A stretch of 64,000 bases of DNA from Hydrurus foetidus (Eukaryota). Location of the stretch: NCBI GenBank assembly GCA_900617105.1, contig UYFQ01000546.1, forward strand, positions 1 through 64,000, read 5' to 3'. Made by a program: the position numbers and the translations under genes. Under the pieces are notes generated by a model that saw only the letters and a list, made by a program, of their open reading frames with translations, did no database searches and had not been told where the DNA came from. Each line of letters starts with the position of its first letter. The first letter of the stretch is position 1. Of this stretch, positions 41,201-55,861 are shown one piece after another.

Positions 41201-44200
41201 TCTAGCTCGATCATACGGTCCCAAGAAAGCACAGGTGAATTAGTTAGGAACTATCCTTGTGTAGGGTAGAGTAGTATTATTTGCATACTCTGCTTAGGAG
41301 GTGGGTATGTGGCGCAGTGCGTAGGGCTGTGTGTTATCGTTGGTATATTCTGTTCAATGTATGGACGTTGAGGTGAATTAGTTACTGATTGGGATTGCGA
41401 ATTGGCTAATTACTCTGACTGTCGAGAGGGGGTGCTATCCGTGGTTTACTCTCTTTGGCACATGAATGTTCTTCTGAACGTTCTTAATTGAACAGCATGC
41501 GAAATATTCTGCTAACACATTTATCCTATCTCGGAACATTCTATCGGAACGTTCTTCAGGCTCATCAGGAATCTGTGCTGGAGAGTTTGAGGGACGGAGA
41601 CATATCCGTGAGAAGGTAAAGTGCATCACACCGCAGAGTAGAGCAGAGCAGAATAGTTTTGAATCATGTAGCATACATGTGGGTATGCCACCACTGAGTT
41701 GTCAATATCCGTGTATACTCCTCTCCTCTCTGTGATTCAGAACACCGACTGCTCATGACTCCTCTGTAACTCTTCTACTCTCTCGTCTCACTCTACACTA
41801 TATAACTTACTCACTCGCCCACCCTTCTCACTCTCTTATCTTCTCTCCTCTCGCACCTCACCCACCCTTCTCCCCCACATCCCCTCGCCCCCCCCTCCGT
41901 AATCACCCTCCTCATCTACACTACTTTTCTCACTTCTCATCATAAATCAACTATCACCTTCCTCATTCTCTACTTTCCTCATACACTATTCCCCTCCGTT
42001 ACAGACGAGCACTTGATCTAATATTCGTACTGGTGGACGAGTCAAACAGCGAAGAAGTAGTCGGAGAGTTAGTGGCATCTCTGGCTTCCGCTCAGTCAGT
42101 GCTCAAAGAAGACATGGTCGTTAAGATCGCAATCCTAGCCGAGAAATATTCCTCAGGTGCGTATGTGTTGAGAAGCGGTGTGGGTAATGTGATGTAGTGC
42201 TCGGTAGTGTGAGGTGGTACTGTGTCGGGTGGGGTAGGGGTAGGGTAGTGTGGGCATTGTGAAGTACAAGGTGGTGAGAAGCCGTTAAGGGGAGGGAAAG
42301 GTGGGGTGGCAGTGTGAGGTGGAATATTGTAGGTTAGGAGAGGTTTGTGGTAGGGGAAGGTAGCATTAAGAATATGGAGTAGAGGAGAATGACGTGTTGT
42401 ACTGAGTGTAATGCAATGTACTTTGAGAAGATTATGCATTTTTCAATGCACTGATGTGTATAGTTGTGTAGCATAGTGGAGAGAAGTACCACACAGTGCC
42501 ACACAGTACTAGTGTGTGCTATGGTCCTTCTCTTTCTAAAGACCCTAACTGTGTTGTTGAATTAAAGGATTTGTTGTACAAATTCACCGAATTGTCTCAC
42601 CTTCATCAACCACTGTATATCTCTCATCTACCAAGATGCGTTTCTTCCTACGAACATCAACACACACAACAAACAAACGTCACCTACTGTGCGCATATCC
42701 GTACTTACACCTGTATTACGTGCTCCCAGGCAACCAGTGGTACGTGGACACGATGGTGAGTGTCATCCTGCTAGCGGGGGACTTTGTAGCAGAGCCTGTG
42801 TGGCACAGAGTGGTGATGATCGTGACAAACAACCTTGGTGAGGAATGATACAGTATATTTCGGTATTTTGGCTTTATTTCGATATCGATTACTCTTCTTT
42901 TTTCCCTAACTTCCTTCCTTTATTTCCTTACTTTCGTTTCTCTTCCTACCTGATAATTTTCTCCCTTTCACATTTAGTTTTTATTTCTCTTCTTCTCCTG
43001 TGCCCTCTTTTTTCGCGCTCTTTTCTCTCCTACTTATCTGCCCTGTATCTCTCTCCCAATATCTTCAATCTATGATTTCTCCGCTCAATACACTCTACTT
43101 TATTACCGTCTTTTCAAATCACTTTCTCTTATTTTATTCTAATTTAATTCGGACCTCAAAATTGTAGAGGTGCATGAGTATGCAGCTCAAAAAATGTTGG
43201 AATCTGTTCAGTCCAAGTTCTGTCATGAAGTCGGTGTGGCGCTTGCTGCTTATTTGTTAGGAGAAGTGGGAGTTAACATATGCGAGAAACCTGGAATGAG
43301 CGGATACGATCAGTTCGCAGCACTGCATCAACACTTCCATAGATGCAACGTACCAACAATGGCCATTTTATTGACCAGTTATATGAAGATTGTAAATTTG
43401 TATCCGGATACGAAAGATGTTGTTATGGATGTTTTCAGCAAATATTCCACTTCCAGGTTAGAAAAATATTTATCTCTGTTTATATGAATTGTTGATCGTA
43501 TTCACTGTTGTCATTTGTGGCAATCAATTTCACTTATTGTGAGAAATATTGTTGGAATGACTTCGGTAAATGGGACCAAGGTATTATCGCGAATTAATGA
43601 GAGGAATATAGAATACTTTGATCGCACACACAATGCCACTCTACATCTCCACTACTTCTTGCGATCTCCTCTGCAGTGCACACATACCCTTACGTCTTCA
43701 CATTTACCTCCGCACTCACCGCATCGCTAACATTACATATAACATCACATTGCGCAATGCCTCTCATTGTCCTAGACATCGCGATAATCTAATCCTAATC
43801 ACTAATCTTTCTCCCCCTCTCTCTCACCCACCCACAATCTCTCTCTCTCTCCTCTCACACACACACACACACACACACACTGCCCCCTACTCTCATTCTT
43901 ACTTTCTCTCACACTCTCTTTTTTTCCTTTTTGTTTCTCTTTTCTCAGTCATCTGGAGATTCAGCAGAGGGCGTGCGAATATCTCACACTGCCTTCGGTA
44001 GGACAGGAAATTGTCGAAACCGTCATGAACAGCATGCCTCCTTATTTGGACAAAGGAAATGCACTTCTCTCTCTGCACGAGGTGTGTCCGTCCGTCCGTT
44101 TGTCTGTCTTTTTGACTTATTTCTTTTCTTTTCCCTCTTTTTTGTTTACTTCTATTTCTTCTGTTACACGCCTGATTCCTTTCATCTCATTTATAACGTT

Positions 44201-47200
44201 CCACGGTTTCTTTTTCCTTTTCTATTGTAATCCATATTCTTAAATACCATCTTTTAAATGCTTGCACATCATATGCACTTCTCAACAAGTTATACACGCA
44301 TTCATAGATGTATATGAATAACTCATTTGAACACATTAAACACATACTACACACACTAACATAGGCATACAATACATAGACGTCCAAACTCATAGAATAT
44401 ACATCTACGCACAATATAGGCGGAGGTGGAGTCGTCTGACCGATCAATATGGGTGTCATCTAAAGCGCACCCCCTCGGAGACGTTACGGTCACAGATCAC
44501 GAGTATGATGTGGCTGTCATTGAGAGCCTCAAACTGCACAACTCCGGACATACGTCAGACAAACAGGTAAGTACGGATCACTTCGATTCGTTCCATTTAA
44601 TTCGACTCTATTTAGTTTCATTCATTCTCCTATCTGATTCTCTTCTTTCTCCCATTGCCCAAACTGCATTCCTTCTAATTCACTCACCTTAAATCTGAAA
44701 CTCATCTCGAATCACGTATCACATTCCCACCCCCTCAGACTTCTCGAACAGACGGATCTATCGACACTATCTTCGTTTCAATGTCATCTAACTCATTCTC
44801 TACTTCACACTTCCTCTGTCCATCCTATGTCTCATCTTCTTCTTCTTTCTCTCTAATTCCTCGAGATGGATCTCTTGTCACTGGATGATGACGACGAGGA
44901 GGAACCCGTATCCTCTCAAATCCACACCCCACCCCGCCCCTCTTCCTCCAGTTCCTCTTCTCCTATCCCTCTAGGGGTGACGTCTCCTTCGTCAGAGACT
45001 GCGAGGAGTATCAAGACTATACCAGCAGGTACACCACGCCATGAAACAGCACTCTATCATTTCATACAACATCACATAATACTGCAAGACGAGACAAGCA
45101 AAGCCAGACAACATAAAAGAAAACAAAATGAAAAAAGACAAATAACATCGCCCAACACAAGATTAACAACACAGCACAGCGCAACATAACACACAATATA
45201 ACGCAGCATCTCACGCACATTATGTTTTTGTAACACCACATCTAAGTTTCTCCTTCCTTCACATCAAGAATGAAGAGTAAAACGGTAAATTCCGGCATAC
45301 TTCGATATTATTATATGCATGCGAAGTGTGTGAATTTACACCCACCTCCCCCTCCTCCTTCTTCGCCTTCCTCCCCTCTCACTAACACAACATGCATGCA
45401 CCTACTGTACAGGCATGCAGGGGAACGTGCGATCTTGGTTCAACAATGCCATACTTACGGTGGGAGTGCCATTTGAGCCCGGACAGACAGCAGCTTCGAG
45501 ACCAGTCACTCTCTACGAAGACAAGGTGGGTGAGGAAGAGAAAAGAAAGAGAAGAGGTGAAGGAGTGCTGCGTCTTACATGGACATGTGTATACGTGTAT
45601 GTTCGTACTTATTCACATTCGTTCATACACAACACGCACGCAAATGTGTGACTGTGCATTATTTAGAATGCATGCAAATAAATCTTTGTCTGCTGTATGT
45701 ATGCTTGTACGTATTTGATAACTTTTTTCACGCGTGTGCATGTGAGTGTTCACTGGTTTTAACGTATGTAAATGTATTTATATTATATTATTCGGATGCA
45801 GTGTATACTTCGTAAATCTCATGATAACTGCCATTATAATATCAGTTAATCACGGTGACATTTACCGGAGACTTCCGGTCAAGACATGGCCGTGTCACGC
45901 TATCATTCGAGAACATGAGCCGCACAGAAGATGATCTCAGACACCTAGTAGTGGACATCCCACACATGGACCACTTATCAGTCAAATCACAGCCACCATC
46001 CAGCACCATATCAGGTAGGGGGTGGAGACTTCTTGTTTACATTAGTACACCCCTCTTTCTTCTTCTCTCTCCTCTTCTAATCTTTTTTCTTTTCTTTCAA
46101 ATTCCTTCTTTTCTCTTCTCAACTCACTTCTTCTCTCTTCTCAACTCACTTCTTTTCCTCTCTTATCTTTCCTTATCTTCCCTTTCCCCATCCCTTTTTC
46201 ACTCTTTTCTTCTTCTCTATTTTTATTATCTCTTCCCCTCTTCCCACTTATCTCATCTCCTCTTCCCTCTTATCTCATCTCCTCTTCCCTCTTATCTCAT
46301 CTCCTCTTCCCACTTATCTCATCTCCTCTTCCCTCTTATCTCATCTCCTCTTCCCTCTTATCTCATCTCCTCTTCCCTCTTATCTCATCTCCTCTTCCCT
46401 CTTATCTCATCTCCTCTTCCCTCTTATCTCATCTCCTCTTCCCTCTTATCTCATCTCCTCTTCCCTCTTATCTCATCTCCTCTTCCCTCTTATCTCATCT
46501 CCTCTTCCCACTTATCTCATCTCCTCTTCCCACTTATCTCATCTCCTCTTCCCTCTTATCTCATCTCCTCTTCCCTCTTATCTCATCTCCTCTTCCCTCT
46601 TATCTCATCTCCTCTTCCCTCTTATCTCATCTCCTCTCTCTTCTCCTTCACTCTCTTGTATGTCAGGTGGTGAGGTGGTTCGCATGAACGTGTCTGTAGA
46701 GTGCTTGCAGCCGTTCAGCGAGTCACCCCCCTTCACCGTGTCTTTCACAACAGCCATCAGCGGCAGACATACATACGCCCTCACGGTACGGCACTACCTT
46801 CTCTCTTTCTATCTATCTATCTCTCTCTCCTTCATGACATGACATGACGTAATTCATTCACCCTTTTTCTCATCATTTCCTTTCCATCACTTTTGTACTC
46901 ATTTGACAGCATCCGTAATCCTCTCTCTTTTTCCCATGCCATTTTTACTTTTATGCTCATTGCTTCTCATTCGTCTTTCAAAGTTGTTCCTAACGAACAT
47001 GTACCTCTTCTCTTGCTGACTTTCATTACAGTTTAGTATACCTTTGTACCCTTCCATTTCCCGTCCTCTTACTCGCTCTCTTGCATCGCTACCTCCCCTC
47101 CCACATTCGCTCATCACCTCTTTCCTTTTCTCTTTTCTATTCCACCCTCTATTTCTAGCTCCCGATTACTGCTCTCTTCTTCTGCGAGGCATTGCCCATT

Positions 47201-48021
47201 GAGAAGGATGCGTACATGTCCCGGTGGAATTCTCTCGAGGGAAATAAATCGGAAATACAGGAGATATTCCAAGGTCAGAAATCACCTCTGAATATCACGG
47301 ATATTCTCAAATATTTGGAATCACGATTATGCTATGTGATATCATTTTTCTTTTCTATTCTATTCCCCACACCACCGAAACTAATCTAAACGTATGTAAC
47401 TCTGGCTATTGCCAACACATACTCTTCTTCTTCTCCTTTTTTTCCATCTCCTCTATCTTATCGTTCTTATTCTCGTCTTAAATCTTCGTACATTTCTTCT
47501 GTCTGCTATCTTCCTCAGTCGGACAAAAGGTTGACGTCGCATTTGTGCAGAATTTAAAATCCAAGATATTCCCCGCACTGCACATCGGATTGGCCGTAGG
47601 GTTAGACTCCGACATTACGGCCACGGGAAGTTGCTTACTGCAAACCGATCCAACAGTCGGGGTGAGTCCCTTTATTCTTCAACAAGTCATCATCACTCCC
47701 TGTTCTTCCCCGACACCATATCATGCTTCATCGCACCATACTATTCCACGCGATATCACACCACATCTGATCAAACTACACGACAGCATATCATACCACA
47801 TCACACTACTCAACACCACAATCATCCCAGAACAACTGAGATCACTAATAGACAGTGACATTAATCCCCGACTAAATTCCACGCTGCACCCACGATACCA
47901 GGCCATGCTTCGTCTCGAAGCTGACGTGGCGCAGAACAGATTCAGAATAACCGTACGTGCAAAACACCCCCTTCTCTCCCTCGCTATCAAGAACACTGTC
48001 AAGGAACAGTTGGGATGCTGA
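38268..48021 (+). CDS. AP2A: AP-2 complex subunit alpha (alpha-adaptin), many exons
   Basis: [110 protein letters not shown] and appendage-domain LRLE..FRITVR all occur in order. Confidence 0.95.
46228..46637. repeat. 22-bp minisatellite (CTCTTATCTCATCTCCTCTTCC)n at the 3' end of an AP2A intron
   Basis: About 18 tandem units directly upstream of the TCAG acceptor at ~46666. Confidence 0.95.
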
Positions 48022-49420
48022 TGGAAATAGCAGCTAACTTAAATAATTGTTTCAGATTTAGTTCCCTCCTATCTGTCTCTCTACCTAATCTAATATGTAA
48101 AAAATCAATAAATGTGGTGATATTGATGTTGTGTAAATGACGTATTGAGGTGCTAATGACTGTGTGATGAAGCACTGAGTAGGGTCGGAGAAGTTGAAGT
48201 CATAGGACCTCTTTTATCTCTCACACTTCTGAGTATTGATGTGGGGAAGCGGTGCTGTACTGTAGGTGTAACTGTAGGTGTGGTAGGCTAATGGGTGTGA
48301 TGGATGTGTTAGTTTGAGAATGTGCAACTGATGATTGAGTCGCTATAATCCTTCACTCTCTTCTATCCCCTCCCCCACTTCCCTCCTTTTCCCTCTCTTT
48401 ACTACCGTCATGAATTGCCTCTCCACATTTCCAGCTCTTCACACACTACACCTATCCACTATTCCACCCCTCCTAATCAACTCCTCTACTTCACTCCACC
48501 ACAGTCACTTCACTGTCTTCACCTCTCTACACTCCACCACCTTCACTTCACTGTCTTCACCTCTCGACACTCCTCTACTTCACTCCACCAAATTTGCTTC
48601 TCATAGAAAAGACCCTCCATTTTTTTCTTACACTGTCACATAAACATCCCGCGGCGAAATTACATTTCAATCCTCCTACTCTATTCTATCCTTTGTCTTC
48701 TTTCTCTCCCTCATTTTTACCATTTCAATTGTCCGCAGTTTTTACTTCATTTTTTTCCTTGAACGAATCCACCTTCCCCAGTATGATGTGACTGTTCAAA
48801 TCCCTCACAAGAAATGCTCTATTTTTGATCCTATTTTCATCTAAAAATCAAAGCTTACCAACACCGATCTTTTTCTTATATTCGTGTCTGGGAGCTACTG
48901 TTTTCTGGTACATTTTCGGAATTGCAATGAGATGAAAATTTTGGAGTTGTTTTTCAGCAGTGAACTATGTAAATATCCTTTTTTTTGCTCTCTCTTCTCC
49001 ATGAGATGAAACAGTTATTATTGTGCGACTTTCAAACGCAAAGATAAACCTGAACGCCCCCATCGAAATTGATTGATTTCACAATAGCTGTAGAGTCTGA
49101 TTAATTAAAATCCACCTGACGCTTACCAATAGCAGTGCCATGGATAAGGGGTACCTGCTCTAACGCATGTACGAGATGTAAAGAGCGGACGAAGCAACAC
49201 CTAATAATTGTGACAGAGAAATGCAAACATTCAACACGGTTATTACAGAACACGGAAACTATTTAAAAAAACAGAAAACACGGAAAACGTCGAGTGGTGA
49301 ATGTATCATATTAAATAACTCAATTAAAAATTAAAATTGATTGTTATCCAGCTAAAGGCTACAGGTTCGCAAATAAGTCTAATAGTAGTCTAGTTTGGAT
49401 TTGTTTTTGTTTTTTTGTTT

Positions 49421-52400
49421 TTAACGGCTACTGTGAAAAAGAAAATTCGTGATTTTATTCACATTTTTTAACGACGACTTGCCATCATGGCTTTTTCTAT
49501 TATTAATGTGATCATTCTTGTTGCCACTATTACTGTTCACATGAAAACTGTTCTTACGAACACTTGTACTTCTGTGCCTACAATTTCCGTTTATCTCATC
49601 ACCACCATTCGCAAATTTTCTTAATTCTATCAACTGCGAATCCGTGGTCAATTTTTCAAAAGTTGAAGTGTGACTAGACTTGAACTCAGCAGTGTAACCG
49701 TCATACGGTATGCCCGTTATAACTCCATCGCATGATTTCCTTTTCTTACCCGTAGTACTGTCTAGCACGCACACACATTGTTGAGGTGCACAAGTGCAGT
49801 GGGAGAAGAGGAGAATGGCATTCTTTCTGTCACCATCTTCTTTACCACCCTCACATGTATTAGAATTACGATTTCTATCTACAGAAACACTCCCACTACT
49901 TCTCTCACAAACCACCGTTTCATTTTTGATCTTAATTTCATTATCTGATATACAATTTGTTTTTATTTGATTATTCTTTGCATAGTTTTCATCATGACCG
50001 TTTCCGTTCTCATCGTGAATACAATCATTATCCCTATCACAATAATTATCACTATCATATCTATCGTCACATACATCACATACAACACCTCCACTACCAC
50101 TTCTCATTTTCGCCTCATGACTGACACTTACACACTTTATCCTATTCATAGGAATGCTAGATCCAACCAGCAGACATCGGTCTACGTGAAGATTCAATGT
50201 GAGTAAAGTGCCTGAAATTTTCCTATTGCATATAGGGCAGCTGTAGATAGATGTGTTGGTAAGAGCCACACGAGAAGATGAGGAAGAGGAAGAGGAAGAA
50301 AGGGAAGAAGAAGATAGAGAAGTGGAGGAGGAGGAGGTAGAGGAAGAAAGGGAAGAAGTAGATAGAAAGGAAGAGGGACGGGAGGAGGAAGAAGAGGAGG
50401 ACGAGGGATGGGGAAAAGAAGATGGTGGATGGGAGAAAGCACAAGAGGAGTGTGATAGAGAGGAGGGATGGGTAGTGGTGGGAGATTTCAGCAGACCATT
50501 CAATGGATGTCTGTGCGGAGGTGGCGGTGAGAAGGATGAGGAGGAAGAGTAAGAAGATGATGAAGAAGATGACTGATTGAGAGATGGAGATTTAGATGAG
50601 TTATTGCTACTGACAATCTCCACATCAACATCGCTCCCTCCTCCACCATCATCATACTTGTCAATACTGCCATCCAACGCATTTGAATCTAACTCTTTCA
50701 CCTGACACTCTTTGTTGGTCAGTCTCGTGTGCGGGTTGTTATTGTTGTCATTGTTACATTTGCCATCACTATCATCGTTCCTAATATAGTCACCATGACT
50801 ACCTTTGCTGTCATCTATGGACTTGCATGAACCTTCTTGATGACGATTAAGAACTGTATTCGACATGTTAGAGACGAGATAATAATCATCATCATCATCG
50901 TCATCATCGATGCAATTACTGTTATCATTATAGTTACCATCATTTCCATCTTCGTTTTCATAAACATCACCATTCTCAGTTGTGTGATGCATCTCACTAT
51001 ACTCAACACTCTCCATGTTATATTCATCTAAACCGCCTTGAATAACATCTCTTTCTATTTCCGTCCCATCACTTGCCTTATTAGCCACACTATTCGTGAA
51101 CGATTTTACTTTTGTTGTACTATTCATAATATGACTATCTTCATTATCATTACTATCATCGTTATTATCGATACAATTCTCATCATCTGATTTTGCGTTT
51201 TTCTTCGATACAGCTAAAATAGGCTTATTATTGGATTTAAAGAAATTCGAAATTGACGAAGATGTGGTGGCTGAAGTTTCTTTCAGTTTTAATTTGGAAA
51301 TAGTCACACCAATTAAACGGATTTTAATCGGTACAACGGTTTCTAAAAGTTGACAGGCTAATTTTGAAATTATTTCCCCGTCTTGAAAATAATTAATATT
51401 CGTTATTGATCTGGTCAACAATTCGAATTTCACGGTTTTGACTTTTAAAGTTACGGTTTTACCAGTTATATTTTTCGCCTTTAATTCCTCTCCCACTTTT
51501 TGACATAATTCAATAAGTTTCGATTTTTGTTCAGAATATGACTCGCAACAAAGAGAGAACGTTCTTTCAGATCCTAAAGATTTTCTGCTGAATTCTTCTT
51601 CTTTTATACTATTATTTGGTAGTCCATTCTCATCTTCATTTTCACCACAATTATTGTGTTTAATAATATATTTTGGTTTTCCTTCGCCAACTGAAATTCC
51701 AAGCGTGGAAAATAATAAAAATTCGGCCGTAGCTTGTGTGAAGCAGAACATGATTAATGCCATACTATTCCTCACAGAGTCCATTGTATTTAATTCAAAG
51801 GAACTCAGAACTTTTTCTAGAACTTTCCCCACCCCGCCCACTTTTCGAGGAGATAAGGCACCGACAAAATCCAACACAGCTGTAAGTTGGAAAATGCGAG
51901 GAACAGAGAAATAAGAAATAAAATTGTGATGAAATTGTCAGATAGAAATGAGATGAAGAACGTGCTATTGATAAAAAAAAATGTCGCAAGAATAGTGAAA
52001 GGGCTTTGTATCGAAAAATAAAGTAGTGCAGTAGCGCTAGACTATGCTATGCTATGCTACATTTATACACTGTAGAGTGGAGTATGATACTGTTAAGTTC
52101 TGCAGTCCACAGTGTAATGCAAAACAGCAGTATAATACACTTCAGTACAGTAGAACACTGTACAACACAATGCAGTACAATTAACTGCATTTCATTGCGT
52201 TGCAGAACAGCACAATCAATGCAATGTCGCATATATACACTACAGCAGACTTATTTATACGATAGATTATCAACCACTATAGCAATCACCACACCACACC
52301 ACACCACACCACACCACACCACACACATACTGTACTACCAATGGAACAACGTCACATAAACCAGACAATCCAATGCTTCCACTCATACACAAATGTTCCT

Positions 52401-53984
52401 TACCTTTTCTAGTCGGTTGCAATTCAAATTGTCCATCAGGTTTATTCACATCCGCACATATTTTCGCTAATAAAAAATTGTTCGCGATTCCTGCGGAGCA
52501 AGTGAGACCCCCGGTTACCCCCTGAATCCTGTACCTAATTTCCTGAAGTACCACACAAGCTGCTTGGCGCAGTTTCTGCTTGGCGCAGAAAGTGTTACAA
52601 GAAGTGTAACACTTTCTGCTGATGCTGGTTGAGGAAGTGTAACACTTTCTGATGATTTTGAGATGTCTTGGTCAGTGGTCTTGCTCTGAGTAGATAGTAT
52701 AAGTTGCGTTTGATTAGAAAGCTAAATAATTGATACTTCAGCATGATACAAGTAAAGTAAGTAGAATACATCAATCAAAGGAAATCAAATCGTAAAATAA
52801 AATAAAGTTACACACCCCAGAACTTGGACTTTTCACCCCAGAAATTCTATCTCTGGTTATTCTTCCAAGCGCTGCATCTGTGAGATCCATATACACTTCA
52901 TCCAAGCTGTGAGAACTGAAATTGGGATCATATTCTTTTATAATGGTCTTTATTTGATCCGAAACTAAGACGTATTTCTCATAGTGACATTTTACGAATA
53001 CCAAATTAGGACAGAGCTTTTTACCGATAAAGCCTGGCATTGCAGAACGCACACCGTACTTACGGGCAACATAGTTGGTTGTTGAAATCATGCCTATGCC
53101 TGCAATGAATATATTTTGGAGAAATGAGAAAAAAAGCGAGTGAAATACTTGATAAATGAGAGCAGAAAAGAAGGTAAGAGAGTAGTGGTAGGCACTGATA
53201 ATTGTCGAAAGAAGTGTATTGGAACCTCTCTTTATTCAAGAAAAATGAAGCAAAATGAACGCAATTTCATGCTAGTGATTTACTCTCTGTCTGATCCGCT
53301 GCGATTGAAAATAGTTAGCATACATTTTCTCAAATCCTACAAAAGTACCATCATCTCAAAGAAATTAGAAGCGATGTCGCGGAGTAATGCTTTTTGTCGA
53401 GTATTGAGAAATATTCGCGAGACTGTCGTGTGATTGAAGCACGAAGTATAGTAATTTATCACCTCCCACAGCAACTGGCAGTTCCTTCAGATGAGGCTGA
53501 TCTCTTATCTCCACAGCAGCAAAGAACATGTCCATGTCAAGAACACAGCAGATGCGGTCAAAAGACCTAGTCTTCTCGATCTCAGTGACTCTCTCAGCAG
53601 TTGATTTGATGAATAATTGTTTCTGCGTTGCTGTTAACGTTAGGAGTTTCTTTTTCATGAGAATAACTTTCTGATTCACTTTCTCATCCTGCTCTAATTG
53701 TCTCTTGAAGAATAAGCTGCCTTTCGACATCTCATAGATGACTTGCGCCTGCCGGCTTTTGTCAACAGACTCCATACCAGCTTTGTTGGCGCCTGCGAAG
53801 TCAGATGCCAGGAAGTTAGTTTTGCTACTATCAATAACATGATGTCATACTTATTAACGAAGTTACCTGAGAAATGAAATAGGTGGGCATTCTTGTTACC
53901 CTCAGTACAATCGGCTGGAATCCCGTTAGAATCTCTCCCAGCGGCCTTCTTCTGCCCAACATTTTCCAAATGCGTGTTCGACAT
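49421..53984 (-). CDS. POLK: DNA polymerase kappa (Y-family, DinB); exons 53984-53867, 53792-53463, 53099-52816, 52685-52404 (contains a 20-nt frame-disrupting insertion), 51879-49421
   Basis: N-clasp NKAGMESVDK..IYEMSKGSLFF; DMDMFFAAVE; STTNYVARKYGVRSAMPGFI; SLDEVYMD; TCSAGIANNFLLAKICADVNKPDGQ; RKVGGVGKV; RKSLGSERTF; IRLIGV; UBZ finger CPIC..HVDRCL; PIP/RIR-like ISNFF and ITNFLF. Confidence 0.93.
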
Positions 53985-54609
53985 TTATAATCTCCTGCGA
54001 TCTGGTTCATACATAAATAATCCAACAGATACGGACTGCGGGATAACGAAGACAACGGATGCTCGAGAACCTTTGGCTTCGCGAATGCTGTAAATCTCGC
54101 TGAAGATGACCGATGACCTCCATTTTTCATCTTCTGTCTTTTGTCTCTCGGTAACGTTTTGCTACGATTTATTCCTACCGTATAGCAAGGGGGTATAGGC
54201 GGTATAGGTACCGTCGAGTGCCATATGTTTTGTTTTTCGGTATGGTATTACGGCCAAAATCCGACACATCAACTCATCATGGTAGTTACAACGACTGTAA
54301 TCTCTTTGCAGCATATCTCGAAGACGGATCAACTTATGGGCATTCTGCAGCTTGATTCCAGTCTCGCAGAGTAGACATTACTCAGCTGCAATCGAATTCC
54401 CCACAGAAATTTTTGTAGAATAGCCTTCTTCGCTAAATTGCTGAGACCATTTTTTCTGCTCTCTTCATTTGAGTTGCAATTTTCCAGCAAGCTGGTCGTG
54501 ATAAGTGAGATCTGCAGGTGATTTCAGTTGGTTCCTTCTATTTATTTATCGATTTTGACGTGCACTTTAAGTTTCTGACTACTCTTTCTCATTTCCGACT
54601 GCAAATACT

Positions 54610-55645
54610 GTGACAGGCAAAATGACGACACCTACGAGAGAATACAAGCTAGTGATCGATTACTGTGCTTGTATGGTCGCCATAGCACTATCTCGTCATA
54701 GCGTTGACAAAAGCAATATAAGTATTCAATATTCTGCTGAGGAATTGAGCTCACAGCTCAATCTCCTCCCCTATTCTGAAGGTCCAAACTTCAATGTGAA
54801 CCCCTTGGCTCTGAAGCATGGATTCCAACTGTTTAGTGTATACTTAAGAAATCAAGGAATTGTGTTGATTCCAATGTACCAAAAAGAGAAATATCTCGTT
54901 CCTTTTTTTGAGCTAGAAAGCTGTCAAAGAAGCACCGAGATTAAATTTTCAACCTATTCTAGTCCCTATCTTGTTGATACAGAGGCTGCTGTCTTACACT
55001 CAGTGATATCTATTAGAGATGTTATACTTCGAAAATCCCGCTATCCTTTATCATCTCATCCATCTCCTAGCTCTGTATTTGGTGCTCTTCATTTCTCTGC
55101 AATCATTGAAATGAACAAGCCTAAAGTAATCAGTGTTCCGAAAACAATTCCAAGAAAGTCTCCCTCAAAATTGAGTGAAAGAGCTATCAGTAATAGTGCG
55201 AACAAAATTGTGGTCAATGCTGTGAGCCGCTTCGGTCTCGATCATTCTTTATTTTACTTAGAATCTGCAGTCAAAAAAGCTAAAAAAAGGAAATCGCAGC
55301 AAATCACTGGAGCAGATAATGAGAATGAATCTGATGACGACAGTAGTGAGTCCGAGGGAGACGATGGCGCAGAAGATAATGCATTAAATAATATTGGAGC
55401 AGGAGAGCTAATTTATGACCCAAGAATTCTAATTGCTCTATCCAATATTCCAGCTAAACACGTTATATTTGCTGACAGTGATAAAACGAATGTCACTGCT
55501 CTATACACGGTTGTCAAAGTTGTGGCTGCTGAGAGAGACTACAAGAATCTCAAGTATGCTGCAGCTTCAGCAACAAAAGAGATACTGAAAAATAATAGCT
55601 ATTATGCTAACATAACTACCAGAACGATCGTTAGGTGGGCAGCGT
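54610..55645 (+). CDS. Unknown ORF truncated by an LTR insertion; possibly the N-terminal part of a DNA-transposon transposase
   Basis: 346-codon ORF with an NLS-like KKAKKRK, an acidic linker and an HTH-like end (YYANITTRTIVRWA). Its stop codon lies inside the first bases of the LTR. Confidence 0.4.
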
Positions 55646-55861
55646 TGTAGTCCAAATGAAGCAAGAGGTGTCAGAAAGGTAGTTTAGCTTACAACGGGAA
55701 AGAGAGGGGATGGGCTTGCAGAGGTGTAAAACTCTGCATGCAAAGCGTTGCAAGGTAACTAACAGTCTGCGAGAGGTCGGAAGGACTCTCAGCCACAGGT
55801 ACGGACGGCTATACGGTACTACGGAGGGTAGGAATGTGGTACTAAATCCTGTACCATCACA
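55646..55861 (-). repeat. 3' LTR (216 bp) of the minus-strand Ty3/gypsy element
   Basis: On the minus strand it reads TGTGATGG...GGACTACA (TG..CA ends) and is immediately preceded by a polypurine tract GGGAAGGAGTAAGTGGGGGTAA (55883-55862). The partner LTR is outside the window. Confidence 0.75.

Noticed and set aside
54170..54230. TA-flanked TIR of a Tc1/pogo element upstream of the 54610 ORF
   Set aside because: TACCGT starts are suggestive, but no partner end is in the window, so it cannot be supported.
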